A stretch of 57,176 nt of DNA from the IMG/VR virus record IMGVR_UViG_3300043446_003411, positions 1 to 57,176 of that record. The stretch is one strand, 5' to 3'. Position numbers and translations under genes: made by a program. Below are positions 16,159 through 25,901 of the stretch, one piece after another. Position 1 is the stretch's first letter, and every line of letters starts with the position of its first letter. This DNA comes from a virus (lineage: Duplodnaviria; Caudoviricetes). The notes beneath the pieces are model-generated. The model did not search any database. It was not told the origin of the DNA and saw only the letters and a program-made list of their open reading frames with translations.

Positions 16159-18195
16159 TTACTGCTTCGCTTGCTTCTTTAGGAAAGACTGGTAGATATT
16201 AGAAACCATTTTGTAGTTGACTGGATTCTTTGTTGTTGGGCTATTTCTTGTAGAAGGAGCAGTAACATCCTCTAGGGGTTGCGCCTCTTCTAACGGCATC
16301 TTCTTAATTCTATCTTCTTCTTTTTCGTCAATATTGAATCCGGGAGTATAGTAATCTGCCTTCGCCGATGACTCTTGTGCCATCAATCGATACAGTTCGG
16401 ACTGTAGTTGACTTTTCTCTTTTTCACTCAACGGAGCGCCGCCTCTACCGACGTTGCGCTCAAGAACACCCTTAATCATCTTGATCTGATCTGAGATGAC
16501 TCCGGGATGATCTGCTGTTTTTGTCTTTGCGAATCTGGCTGCATATTGACGGACATCTTCAATATTTGACGGGGCCAGACCAATCGCCTGCTCGAACGCC
16601 TGTGCGATTTGATCAACCGCGTTCGGACGATTCTCGGCGTACATCGCAAACAATGTATCGACCGCCTCTTGAGACGTTTCGAATCTGCCGGAGTTGGCGT
16701 ACTGACGATACACCTGAGCGATTTGGTCAGGGTCAACGTCGCCGACCTCGTAACTCATCTCAAGAAGGTCGGGGTCTGTCGTGTCCCATAGGGACTCCTT
16801 CACAGAAGAGATTGTGGTGTTCAAAAAGTCGTCACCAGCATCCTCTTCGTATAGGTCGCCGAGACTGGGCTCGTTATCATCTTCGCCTCTTTGAGGAGCG
16901 TTCGCCGCCTCTTCCTCTGCGGCTAGATCCATCATCTCGTCTTCGGAGATAACGTTTTGTGTCGGCATAGCGGACAATTCTTCTTCTGATGGTTCGTCCA
17001 TCTCAAGAAGTTGCTCGTAAAGATCTTTGTTGGCGGATGTCCATGACTTGTGGGCCCAGCCGGGATCAACGTGATTGACATAGAAATCAATACGATCCTT
17101 AGCCTCGTGCTGAGGCATACCAGCGGAAACGAGATTATCAACAGCCTCTGATGGCGTCATAAGTTCCGAAAGAGCATTGAAATCCATGCGCTCTGCAGCA
17201 GCCTTGGCCATTGCGGGCCTATATTGCTGATCGCGATAGTTCTTCCAATTCCTTCTGTCATCCCATACAGACGCTTGCCCATAGGGATTTTTAGAATGAA
17301 GACCGGAGGCATCCTGAACAGGACCTTCATATCTTCTTAGGCCACGGCTTTGGTACATGGGAGACATGCGCGAATAAGGGGCATCCATACCCTCCTGAAC
17401 TGACTCCCAACTATCTTCTTCCTCTGGGACCGATTCAACTGGGTCATCGGGAGCGGACCAAAGATCCTCCCAATCTGCTTCAGTATCATCAAGAGAGTCT
17501 GATGAGACCGCTGGGGGCTCAAGCATGCCCGGATCGATATCCAAGTCTTTCATTAACTCGGATTCGTCGTCCTCACTCCAGTCCGCCGCTTCCGCTAAAA
17601 AACTACTTGTGACCGGATCCGCCTGACCCTTGTTGGGGAACGTCTGGGTCTTAGGACCCTTCTGTTCGGGCCTCTGATCAGAAACATTGGTGCGCTCTAG
17701 ACCATCACCCTCCATAGGGATTGGGGAGTCCCAAGGCCATTCTTTGTCTGGGGGATTCTGACTATCGTCGGGGCTGAGTTCTGGAATATCCGGGTTGGTG
17801 TTCTTCATGTGATCACCAGCGGAATTCGGATTTAGCGCAACGGTCGGCTCGGTGTAGTAGCCGTCGGCGGGCATGGTCGGAAGTTTCTGCTTCTCGTCAG
17901 CCTCACCACCGGCCTCCGGCTTCGCCTCAGCAAGAATCTGCAACTGACCAATGACCAGTTTGGCAATGTGCTGCGGATCATCGTAGCCGTATTCTTCGCA
18001 TGTGTCGTTTGCGATCTTCACGATCTCTTCGGCCACTAGGGCAAGACGAGCGTTAAACTCTTTGTCGCCCTGAGAAGACTCGACAAACGAGCCGAAACGG
18101 CGCTCGGCACGATCAATAGCAACGGCAGCGGCATTTCTGAAAGGAAGGTTTTCCTCTCTGGCCTGCGCCTCTAGATAGTTGAACATATCGCTCAT
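16159..18195 (-). CDS. acidic head-morphogenesis/scaffold-like protein
   Basis: D/E/P-rich; lies between terminase and portal. Confidence 0.65.
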   Translation of the reverse strand: MSDMFNYLEAQAREENLPFRNAAAVAIDRAERRFGSFVESSQGDKEFNARLALVAEEIVKIANDTCEEYGYDDPQHIAKLVIGQLQILAEAKPEAGGEADEKQKLPTMPADGYYTEPTVALNPNSAGDHMKNTNPDIPELSPDDSQNPPDKEWPWDSPIPMEGDGLERTNVSDQRPEQKGPKTQTFPNKGQADPVTSSFLAEAADWSEDDESELMKDLDIDPGMLEPPAVSSDSLDDTEADWEDLWSAPDDPVESVPEEEDSWESVQEGMDAPYSRMSPMYQSRGLRRYEGPVQDASGLHSKNPYGQASVWDDRRNWKNYRDQQYRPAMAKAAAERMDFNALSELMTPSEAVDNLVSAGMPQHEAKDRIDFYVNHVDPGWAHKSWTSANKDLYEQLLEMDEPSEEELSAMPTQNVISEDEMMDLAAEEEAANAPQRGEDDNEPSLGDLYEEDAGDDFLNTTISSVKESLWDTTDPDLLEMSYEVGDVDPDQIAQVYRQYANSGRFETSQEAVDTLFAMYAENRPNAVDQIAQAFEQAIGLAPSNIEDVRQYAARFAKTKTADHPGVISDQIKMIKGVLERNVGRGGAPLSEKEKSQLQSELYRLMAQESSAKADYYTPGFNIDEKEEDRIKKMPLEEAQPLEDVTAPSTRNSPTTKNPVNYKMVSNIYQSFLKKQAKQ

Positions 18196-19583
18196 AGGAA
18201 CAACCCCTCATCTGGAATGCTGCTTGCAGTCTTCTGCTCGTTTTGCACCTCTTCGAAGTGCGCCACCTTTAGAGACGAGAGAGTCTTCTGTCTTGTGCTC
18301 TCGGCCTTCTCTAGATAACTTGCAACAACTTGATTTTTAACTTCCTCGTCAAGAGGACCAGCGATCTCGCTAACTCTTTGTGTTGCGAGGTTTCTAACTG
18401 CAACTGAGTTGGCAATAACTTCTTCGGACAGGCTGCTGACGAACACGACAGGATCCTCATGAATCAACTTATCAATGTCAATCTCTTCAGCATCAGCGGC
18501 CATCTTTTCGATGACCTCATCCATCCAACCGCCTTCTTCGCGACTGAAGTTTGAAACGAACATCTCTTTGCCGATCTCGAACTTGGGGAGATCTTCAAGA
18601 TACTCCACATCCTGATCGGTCATTGCGGAGGCAAGACTTGCCTCATGCTCCTGAATGCGGCGCTCACAAGAGGCGTGAATCGCATCTAGGGACAACTCAT
18701 CTTGACCTAGGAAGTGGCCGTCGACAACGAGTTTGTAAGCGATGTCTTTCGCCGTCTTGAGGTTGGCGATATTGGCCTGAATTTCTGCTCGGGTCTCAGC
18801 AGTTTCAGGGATATGCGAAACAAAAGTTTTTAGTTCATGAATGGGATCAATCGCTTCAGTTGAAACGAACTCGACGGTCTCTCTTGGGACATCGATAATT
18901 TGGCCATGAACGGAAAGACGAACAAGTTCTTCGCCCCACATGCCACGATATGAGTCAAGGACCTTTGCTTCCTCGCCTCGAAAGTATGCTTTTTTCTTCA
19001 TAGTTTTCTTTGCCTGTGACCAAGCGATAGCGGCTGCAGATGCTTGTTCTTCTTTTGTTGGCTCGCCCTTTCCATCCCTGTCTCGCATTATTGCGTGATA
19101 AATTTCATTGGCCTTGTCGGCCTTAGGACCCTTACCCTTTAGGTGTCGCTTATCGCCCTTTTTATTTTTCTTATGCTTTTTACCGGGGTACTTCGCCATG
19201 GTTTTCATTGGGCTTGTTGGCGACATCGCTTCTGATTCAACCGTTGAATCCACATTCAGAACTTCTTCCTGAGAGACCGGGTTCTGAATCTCCGGGACTA
19301 CCGGTTGAGGCGGCTGAACTGCTGTTTGTTGCTGAACTTTTGGATTGTTTCGATAGTTCATAACAATGTCAGCCGCCGCTTGGGCATCCATGCCCTTATT
19401 GGTGGACATAAGCGTCTGCACAAGAACGTCGTCGGGAAGGCGAACGTTGGCGTCACGCTCCATCTTGGCGAGCAAATCGATATAGTTATGCTCAACCCTT
19501 TCCTGATCGACGCTTAGATCGCTATTGGGAAGCCCGACTTCAGCGACGATCTTCCATTTAGACTGTTTAATTGGCATGCTCAA
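18192..19583 (-). CDS. head-morphogenesis protein (unknown)
   Basis: Long ORF in the packaging block with a Lys-rich insert. Confidence 0.65.
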   Translation of the reverse strand: MSMPIKQSKWKIVAEVGLPNSDLSVDQERVEHNYIDLLAKMERDANVRLPDDVLVQTLMSTNKGMDAQAAADIVMNYRNNPKVQQQTAVQPPQPVVPEIQNPVSQEEVLNVDSTVESEAMSPTSPMKTMAKYPGKKHKKNKKGDKRHLKGKGPKADKANEIYHAIMRDRDGKGEPTKEEQASAAAIAWSQAKKTMKKKAYFRGEEAKVLDSYRGMWGEELVRLSVHGQIIDVPRETVEFVSTEAIDPIHELKTFVSHIPETAETRAEIQANIANLKTAKDIAYKLVVDGHFLGQDELSLDAIHASCERRIQEHEASLASAMTDQDVEYLEDLPKFEIGKEMFVSNFSREEGGWMDEVIEKMAADAEEIDIDKLIHEDPVVFVSSLSEEVIANSVAVRNLATQRVSEIAGPLDEEVKNQVVASYLEKAESTRQKTLSSLKVAHFEEVQNEQKTASSIPDEGLFL

Positions 19584-19631
19584 GATAAAATGGTCTATAC
19601 ATTAAGATTAGCGAAGGTGCACATATAAGTA

Positions 19632-21536
19632 TTACCGTCCGCGTGGTTTATTCCTGTAATCCATGCCTCTAGACGACATTGAGGGCATTCTCTTTGTGTC
19701 CTTGTAATAGTCCTCAAACGTTCGGTCTCTTCCGATTCCATAACCGCCCTGAGCGCCGAACCTAACTCCCGATTTAAACCCGGCAATTGCTGCCGACGAA
19801 CCACCTAGAAGGGTGGACGCGACTTCTGCGATACAGTCGGCAATATCCTTCGTCTGAATGGGGCCAATGTCTTGTTTGTCAACACGGCCATTCTTAATCT
19901 GAAGGAATTTCAACTCCATTTTTGCGTACTCAGAGTCGGGACAATCAATAGGGATATGAACAAGATCCAGATTAAGAGCGGTCTTGAAAGCTTCGTACTT
20001 GTTGAGGTTCGCAGACGCAGTCGCCGTCTTCTCAATCACACGAGCATTAATTCTCTTTGACATGAGTTTTGCCCTCATCGTTTGGATGAGGACGTTTGAA
20101 TAGTATTGGTCGAAACTAAGTTCTACGAAACTGAACACTTCTGCCCATTTTGCTATCTCGTCAAGCACGACCTCGTACTGAATAGTCTCTCCCGGAAAAT
20201 CTTTAGGATTCCAGCGCTTTACGACATCGAAGACAACATGCGGAATGTTCTTCCCATCCTCGTCAGGAATCTCTTCGATGTGACCAATTGCAAATCCGAA
20301 ACCAGCGGTTGTGGATGAAGGGTCGCAATGAGCAAAGTAGCGGTGCATGTATGTGCCGCTAGTTGACATCTTAACTGGTCTGTCCTCATATTCAGACACA
20401 AAAGCGCGATCTACATTTTCAGGATTGAGGTAGGAGTCAACAACCTCAGCCCACTGGCCCCTTCTCTCGACTTTGAACTTGTCTGGATTGGCCTTCTCTG
20501 AAAGTTGCGCCTCTCTAGACTTGTCAGCGTCTTCTTCGCTGAGGAGTTCGCCATCAAGATCTGGTGAGACCATGATTGCGCTTTTGAATCTGCGCTGAGG
20601 ATCCTTATCGTAGTCCTTGTAGAACTCCCATGATGGAAACTGGAAACTGAGAAGCGTTGGGAACTTCGCCATATCGTCAACGACTTCATGACTCTGAACG
20701 AAACGGTCGTAGAAAAATCCGATCTTGGTGTATGGCGAAGAGTTCAGGAAGATCATTCCGTCTTTGCCGAACTGAGCAAGCGCAGGTTCTGCCGCGTAAT
20801 AACATTGCTCAAGAGAGGATGAGTTTCCCTCCGTGCTTGTCATGAACGCGGCCTCATCGAAGACAACAACCATCGTTGCTGAACCACGAATAGAGTCGGC
20901 GTTTGCGGACTTCGGCACACCACGCAATTTTGCGAAATCTCTACCAATCTTCATGCCCTTCGTTTTCATCTGGGCAATATACTGCTCGTCAGCAGATGTC
21001 TTGATTGTGAACGTCTCTTCCTGAACCTTGCCGATGTGCGGCTGAAGTGAACGACAGCGCGTAATTGCGGAAACAAGATCGGCGTACTGATAGGCCTTTG
21101 CCTGCTGAAGAGCAGTGGCCAGACACATGAAGTATATTTCTTTATCCGGATCGATATTGTAATACCGACCGGGATCGCCCAACTTCCAAGTATCATACAT
21201 CTTCTTGCCAACAGCAAGAGATGTGATATAGCCCTTGGAGGAGCGACGGCCACCGACGAGTTGGACTTCGGGAAAGTTTCTGTAGCCGTTCTCTATCAGC
21301 CATTCTCGCTGTTCACGAACCTTGGGACTGATTCGTGACTCGCCGGTGCCATTGATCCACTCGGTTAGAACGTCTTCTTCCCAGCCCTCAAGTTCCTCAA
21401 GGAACATGAGTTTAAGGAAAATCTTCTGGCGAGGATAAAGGGGCTTGTTGCAGAACTCATCGCTCTCAGCGAACTCAACAATGCTTACCTTCTTGGTGTC
21501 AAAGGATCGCAGTACCTGATCTGCAAGAATCGACAT
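19632..21536 (-). CDS. terL: terminase large subunit
   Basis: GGRRSSKG Walker A, VVVFDEAA Walker B, SSP coupling motif, C-terminal nuclease (HCDPS...KDIADC). Confidence 0.92.
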   Translation of the reverse strand: MSILADQVLRSFDTKKVSIVEFAESDEFCNKPLYPRQKIFLKLMFLEELEGWEEDVLTEWINGTGESRISPKVREQREWLIENGYRNFPEVQLVGGRRSSKGYITSLAVGKKMYDTWKLGDPGRYYNIDPDKEIYFMCLATALQQAKAYQYADLVSAITRCRSLQPHIGKVQEETFTIKTSADEQYIAQMKTKGMKIGRDFAKLRGVPKSANADSIRGSATMVVVFDEAAFMTSTEGNSSSLEQCYYAAEPALAQFGKDGMIFLNSSPYTKIGFFYDRFVQSHEVVDDMAKFPTLLSFQFPSWEFYKDYDKDPQRRFKSAIMVSPDLDGELLSEEDADKSREAQLSEKANPDKFKVERRGQWAEVVDSYLNPENVDRAFVSEYEDRPVKMSTSGTYMHRYFAHCDPSSTTAGFGFAIGHIEEIPDEDGKNIPHVVFDVVKRWNPKDFPGETIQYEVVLDEIAKWAEVFSFVELSFDQYYSNVLIQTMRAKLMSKRINARVIEKTATASANLNKYEAFKTALNLDLVHIPIDCPDSEYAKMELKFLQIKNGRVDKQDIGPIQTKDIADCIAEVASTLLGGSSAAIAGFKSGVRFGAQGGYGIGRDRTFEDYYKDTKRMPSMSSRGMDYRNKPRGR

Positions 21537-21874
21537 TAATCGTTGTACTTTTCTTTTTCACCACGGAACTTCTCACCACGGTCGTTGCCGCTAAGAACTT
21601 CCCACTTCTTTCTGTCGTGGTCAAACTCCTCCTTGGCGTTCTCCGTTGTGTCGATTCTGCCCAGAATCTCAATGCACGGCGGCTGATAGAACAACACTGG
21701 TGCGAGGTCAACGTGCACCTTCAGACCGATTGCTTGGAATCTATCCTCAGCCTTTTTCGCCATCTCGGCGAGATTCATCTGAGTGTTCGTCTTTTTAGAG
21801 AATTCTGCTGAAAGTTCTTTTGCAATTTTGCCGACTTTCATAATTTCATAATCGTAGAGTTCAGAAATGTCCAT
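21536..21874 (-). CDS. hypothetical protein
   Basis: Packed ORF. Confidence 0.7.
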   Translation of the reverse strand: MDISELYDYEIMKVGKIAKELSAEFSKKTNTQMNLAEMAKKAEDRFQAIGLKVHVDLAPVLFYQPPCIEILGRIDTTENAKEEFDHDRKKWEVLSGNDRGEKFRGEKEKYND

Positions 21875-22563
21875 TACTCTTCTTCCTTGTCTATTTCAAT
21901 ATCTATTGGTTGAGATGTCGGCAAAGTCTTCATGATTTCTGGATTGTCAAGAAACTTATCCACAATCGCTGTCTCTTGCTCTAGAATCTTTCTAAAGTTG
22001 TAAAGAATTCTATCGTACATCTCGGGCGGAACAACTTCTTTCACGGCCTGACTGAACGCATTGAAGTCGCGCATCATTTCGTCAACCTGTGTTGCCGCCG
22101 TGTCCTTCTCCATTTTCTCCAGAAGGGCGATCATATGAACCACATCTCGTGGCTCCGGAACAATGGTCCCATCGACTATGCCTTGATAGGACTTCATCAT
22201 TGCGACTTCCATATAGCCGCGTCGAGTCAAAAGATGTCGTCTTGTGTTGTCGACATCCTCGCCCATTTGACGAGCCTTTTCTTCAATCACTTGACGGATT
22301 GCGGCCTGCTCAATGCTGAGATGGCGGCGCTTGTGATTTGAAAGAGAACGACGGTTGATGCCCTCAGTTTCAAACTGTCTTGCAATCTCGGCAAATGGAA
22401 CACCCATAACAAGAAGTTGATCCATTGTTCTACGGAAGCGAGACTTACAAACAGAACACCTCGGCTCTACAATCTCCTCTGTCGCAAAGGACACGGTGGT
22501 TCCCCCACCACCAGAGTTATTGTTGTTGCTGTTTCCGTTGTTGTTGCTTCTGAAGTTTGCCAT
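21874..22563 (-). CDS. putative terminase small subunit
   Basis: CSVC plus HTH-like segment plus helical oligomer region, upstream of terL. Confidence 0.55.
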   Translation of the reverse strand: MANFRSNNNGNSNNNNSGGGGTTVSFATEEIVEPRCSVCKSRFRRTMDQLLVMGVPFAEIARQFETEGINRRSLSNHKRRHLSIEQAAIRQVIEEKARQMGEDVDNTRRHLLTRRGYMEVAMMKSYQGIVDGTIVPEPRDVVHMIALLEKMEKDTAATQVDEMMRDFNAFSQAVKEVVPPEMYDRILYNFRKILEQETAIVDKFLDNPEIMKTLPTSQPIDIEIDKEEE

Positions 22564-23001
22564 TTAGCGGTACCAACTCGCCCCGTTCTTTTTTCTTTGC
22601 TCGGGCGTTGTTATCTTTCTTCCTTGAGGGTGGGCTCTCCAATAGATTCCGGACACTATGTTCGGATCGGGAGTTCCATTCTGATTGTAGATTTCTCTGC
22701 GCTTTCTCGAATACAGATGCTCTTCAAAAAGAATCGGTGCTTCTCCACCAATTCCTCTAGGTCTTCCAGTTTCGGGATCAACTGCACGAGAGTGGGCACG
22801 CAAAATTTCATCTGCCATTTCATCCAATTGACCGGGAGTATAGTTTCTCCCTTCCTCAATTACAAGATTTTCTCCCTCGGGTTTTCCGAGATCTATAACG
22901 ATTCGATTTCTTACTTTATTCTCTGACTCGTCCTCTTCCGAGAACTCCTCATCTAAGAAATCTTCATCTTCGTTTTCTTCTCTTGGGTAAAAGTAACTCA
23001 T
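22564..23001 (-). CDS. hypothetical protein
   Basis: MSYFYPREE..., acidic N-terminus. Confidence 0.65.
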   Translation of the reverse strand: MSYFYPREENEDEDFLDEEFSEEDESENKVRNRIVIDLGKPEGENLVIEEGRNYTPGQLDEMADEILRAHSRAVDPETGRPRGIGGEAPILFEEHLYSRKRREIYNQNGTPDPNIVSGIYWRAHPQGRKITTPEQRKKNGASWYR

Positions 23002-23341
23002 TATCTTTCTCAGTGGTTTCTTCGGAGACGTTCTCGCTGAAGTACTCTTCGGCAAATTGAATGAAACCGGACTCTACATATTGACCCACAGAAACTGTTG
23101 TTATTCCCATAATCTCTGCGACATCCTTTTGCCTCATGTCCTGAATCACGTTGTAAAAAATTGCTTCTCTTTTTCTTTTTGAGAGCCTATTCAATCCGTC
23201 CTTGAGATCTAGAAATGAGATCTCAATCTGATCCGGGCCCTTAATAACGCTTTGTCCGGTCTGAACAAAAAGTTGCTCGAACTCATAAAAATGACGGAGC
23301 GCTTCTCTTAAGAATCTATGCTGTTTTGTCTTTTTGTCCAT
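22964..23341 (-). CDS. sigma-70 region 4-like HTH regulator
   Basis: LSKRKREAI...MRQKDVAEIMGITTVSVGQY. Confidence 0.75.
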   Translation of the reverse strand: MDKKTKQHRFLREALRHFYEFEQLFVQTGQSVIKGPDQIEISFLDLKDGLNRLSKRKREAIFYNVIQDMRQKDVAEIMGITTVSVGQYVESGFIQFAEEYFSENVSEETTEKDNELLLPKRRKRR

Positions 23342-23856
23342 GCTAATGGTATTGCTATGGCATCCGTTTCGTCTGCCAGATATTTTCTTTCTTTTAGTTC
23401 GGGGAATGTTTTCACCACCGCGTTTTTGACTTGGGCTTTACTGGCCGTGGCGATATCTGTCATTTGCTTTTTGACTGTGGTCGCTGTTATCTCAGTCCAA
23501 GAAATGCCGTTAGCATCTGCCATGGCTTGACCGACTGTTGCAACCGCAAAAGCAAGAAGGCGCTGCCCCGAAGCAGCGCCCACATTAGAAACCGGAAGAA
23601 ACTCGAAAACGATTAGATCGGGATTGTGCTCATCGAAGAGAGACTCGAAACTGTCAATACTCGCGGGGATCAGTCGCTTCTTGTACTGACTGTATGTCTC
23701 GTCATTGCTCTCATCGCGAGAGAGGCCGAATATGCCCGAGGTTATGTAGCGGGGGTTGAGGAAATCCTCTCCCTCCGAGGAGTCAAATTCTATTATTGAA
23801 TAGCCACAGCGTTTTGCGCCGGGATCTACTCCCATGATTCTTATCTTTGATGACAT
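23308..23856 (-). CDS. ruvC: RuvC Holliday junction resolvase
   Basis: IMGVDPG..CGY, VFE, ASKAQVK, DETDAIAI. Confidence 0.88.
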   Translation of the reverse strand: MSSKIRIMGVDPGAKRCGYSIIEFDSSEGEDFLNPRYITSGIFGLSRDESNDETYSQYKKRLIPASIDSFESLFDEHNPDLIVFEFLPVSNVGAASGQRLLAFAVATVGQAMADANGISWTEITATTVKKQMTDIATASKAQVKNAVVKTFPELKERKYLADETDAIAIPLAWTKRQNSIDS

Positions 23857-24534
23857 TTACTTGCATGTGCACACCACAGGCTGTTCGTTTCTAATTGCAT
23901 CCGAAACTCTTGTCCACTTATCATAGATGGGTTCAAGAATAGAATCATCTCTTTGGAATACAAATTCTCTGAATTCATGTGGTGTATCTTTTTGTATGCC
24001 AATAATTATAGCAGACTCTACACGATTGTCCCAAGCCATATAGCAAGCAACTTGTAATTGCCATTTAGCAAGCAAATCTTGATTTGGCTTTTGAAAACTA
24101 AATGAGTTCATTGTCTTGAAATCAATAAGGTATGAACCCTTGCCGGGTATATCGCATTTAGCAATATCTGCAAAGCCTCTTGCCCACCACTTATGATCTT
24201 GAAAGCGAAGTTCTTTCTCGACATCGCCCTGTTCGCAAAACTCGAGCCGATCACAGATTATATCTTGAAGAATTCCGTGCCAGAAATGACCAACGAAAAA
24301 GTTCTTGTGACTCGTTGCGGTAAGTTCTTGCTTTTCAGCAGTGCCCGACATCTTCGCATACAACTCACACTCGCAAGGATAACAATCAGAGGACGGATGA
24401 AAAGCATCATCAGGCTCTTTGCTTGTGCGAATCTCGATATCAAACTTCTCGGGAAAGTCTGCACGAGCAAGGTAGTTATTGATGTACGGAACTAGAATCT
24501 CCTTCTTTGCAAGATCCTTAATGAAGTTAGCCAT
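23857..24534 (-). CDS. Cas4-like PD-(D/E)xK exonuclease
   Basis: HPSS.C..C, G..WH, G.AD, IDFKT, Q...Y. Confidence 0.8.
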   Translation of the reverse strand: MANFIKDLAKKEILVPYINNYLARADFPEKFDIEIRTSKEPDDAFHPSSDCYPCECELYAKMSGTAEKQELTATSHKNFFVGHFWHGILQDIICDRLEFCEQGDVEKELRFQDHKWWARGFADIAKCDIPGKGSYLIDFKTMNSFSFQKPNQDLLAKWQLQVACYMAWDNRVESAIIIGIQKDTPHEFREFVFQRDDSILEPIYDKWTRVSDAIRNEQPVVCTCK

Positions 24535-24934
24535 GGAGATTCTCCCATTCTTTCAGTGTCACACAAACAAAATCGATATTCCCTTTATGATCCGCAAGAA
24601 CGGAATCGGGGTTGTAGATCCTAAGAGCCATCGCCGGCGCTTTCCGATTGAGCGCTGCCTCTTCGTGAACCTTTTCAAAGTCTGCCAACCTCAAACTGAT
24701 GCTCTTGGCTGGCTTTTCAGGATTGCCGCTCATCTTGCACTCGACTATGTAGTGCTTGCTTTCGACATCTCCATCGTCATAGATCCAAGCACCCGAAGAA
24801 GGCGAGCGCCTACCGCCCGTAACCTTTGCGACAAATTCTTCCTGAGCAACAGAATGCTCTTTAATCAGTTTGCGATTTGCCAATGCCGAATCTTTCATAA
24901 GCGAGATCTTTGATCTCATCGTATTTCTCTGCAT
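24527..24934 (-). CDS. Hjc-like PD-(D/E)xK endonuclease
   Basis: GG.R.PSSGA...GDV...VECK. Confidence 0.75.
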   Translation of the reverse strand: MQRNTMRSKISLMKDSALANRKLIKEHSVAQEEFVAKVTGGRRSPSSGAWIYDDGDVESKHYIVECKMSGNPEKPAKSISLRLADFEKVHEEAALNRKAPAMALRIYNPDSVLADHKGNIDFVCVTLKEWENLHG

Positions 24935-25901
24935 AGAGAAGTTGCGCTAGTTCTCGCTCACGAAAACTCTTGCCCTCATATTTGAACCAGCCCCTGTTGT
25001 TCTCGACAACATTAAGCCTGAGAGCAACCGATAGCAGGTCTCCCTCTTTATCAATTCCGAAAGGCAGACCCTCAATCGGAGTGTTGTAAAAGTCGTATCG
25101 GGTTTCTCTTCGACCACCAACAGCGACCTTGTTTCTCTGAGTGATGATTCTCACTTCGTGAGAAACTTGTATCGATCCCTCTTTGCCCTTTTCAACAAGT
25201 TCCTGTGTCATCGGATCGTAGAATCGATCACCCTTGGAGTCGCCCTTGCGGATCTGAAGAATGATCTGCTCATGGTGCTCTAGTGCGTTGCCGCCCGGCT
25301 GAGAATAGACTCCGGGGACTGTTGCGCTCATGACGGCACGAACCTGATTGAGAAGAATCACACAAGCGTTCTTTGAATAGACGCGAGGAGTCATTGCCTT
25401 CACTGCAAAACTAATGAGATTCGCCTGTCCGCCTTGACGAGGCTTGCCGTCTTTGGCATCGAGTTCGCTTGCGTGAGCAAGGGCACCGATGGAATCGAAG
25501 ACTAGGAACTGTACTCCGTTGTCCAGCATGTAAAGCGCTGCCTTGACAGCATCCTCACCGCTTTCCGGGTAATACAGAACGAGTTTGTCCGTATCTACTC
25601 CGTGCATCTCTGCCCACTCTTTGCTGAAGTCTGGCTCAACAGCAACCCACCCGCAGGTCATTCCCATCTTCTGAGCATTCGCAATGCCCGTCAAAGACAG
25701 AACAGACTTACCAACGTCGCGTGGACCGAAGATACCGATCAGTCTTCGAGTCGGCCAACCGCCCGTCCCCAAATGCAGATCCAAAGACAAGCAGCCTGTA
25801 GGAATGACATCGAAACCCAGACTTTGATCCGCTGTGGTTGCGATGCCCTTCAGTCCGGCAGCGCTAGAAAGTTTCTTTGCAATATCTTCTGGATCTGACA
25901 T
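24861..25901 (-). CDS. recA: RecA-family recombinase
   Basis: IPTG..SLD..LG.GG.P, GPRDVGKS, VFDSIGAL, LNQVR, PGG.AL. Confidence 0.95.
   Translation of the reverse strand: MSDPEDIAKKLSSAAGLKGIATTADQSLGFDVIPTGCLSLDLHLGTGGWPTRRLIGIFGPRDVGKSVLSLTGIANAQKMGMTCGWVAVEPDFSKEWAEMHGVDTDKLVLYYPESGEDAVKAALYMLDNGVQFLVFDSIGALAHASELDAKDGKPRQGGQANLISFAVKAMTPRVYSKNACVILLNQVRAVMSATVPGVYSQPGGNALEHHEQIILQIRKGDSKGDRFYDPMTQELVEKGKEGSIQVSHEVRIITQRNKVAVGGRRETRYDFYNTPIEGLPFGIDKEGDLLSVALRLNVVENNRGWFKYEGKSFRERELAQLLYAEKYDEIKDLAYERFGIGKSQTD

Noticed and set aside
23857-24534. CRISPR-Cas system suggested by the Cas4-like nuclease
   Set aside because: No repeat-spacer array or other cas genes seen; solo Cas4-like exonucleases are normal in phage replication blocks
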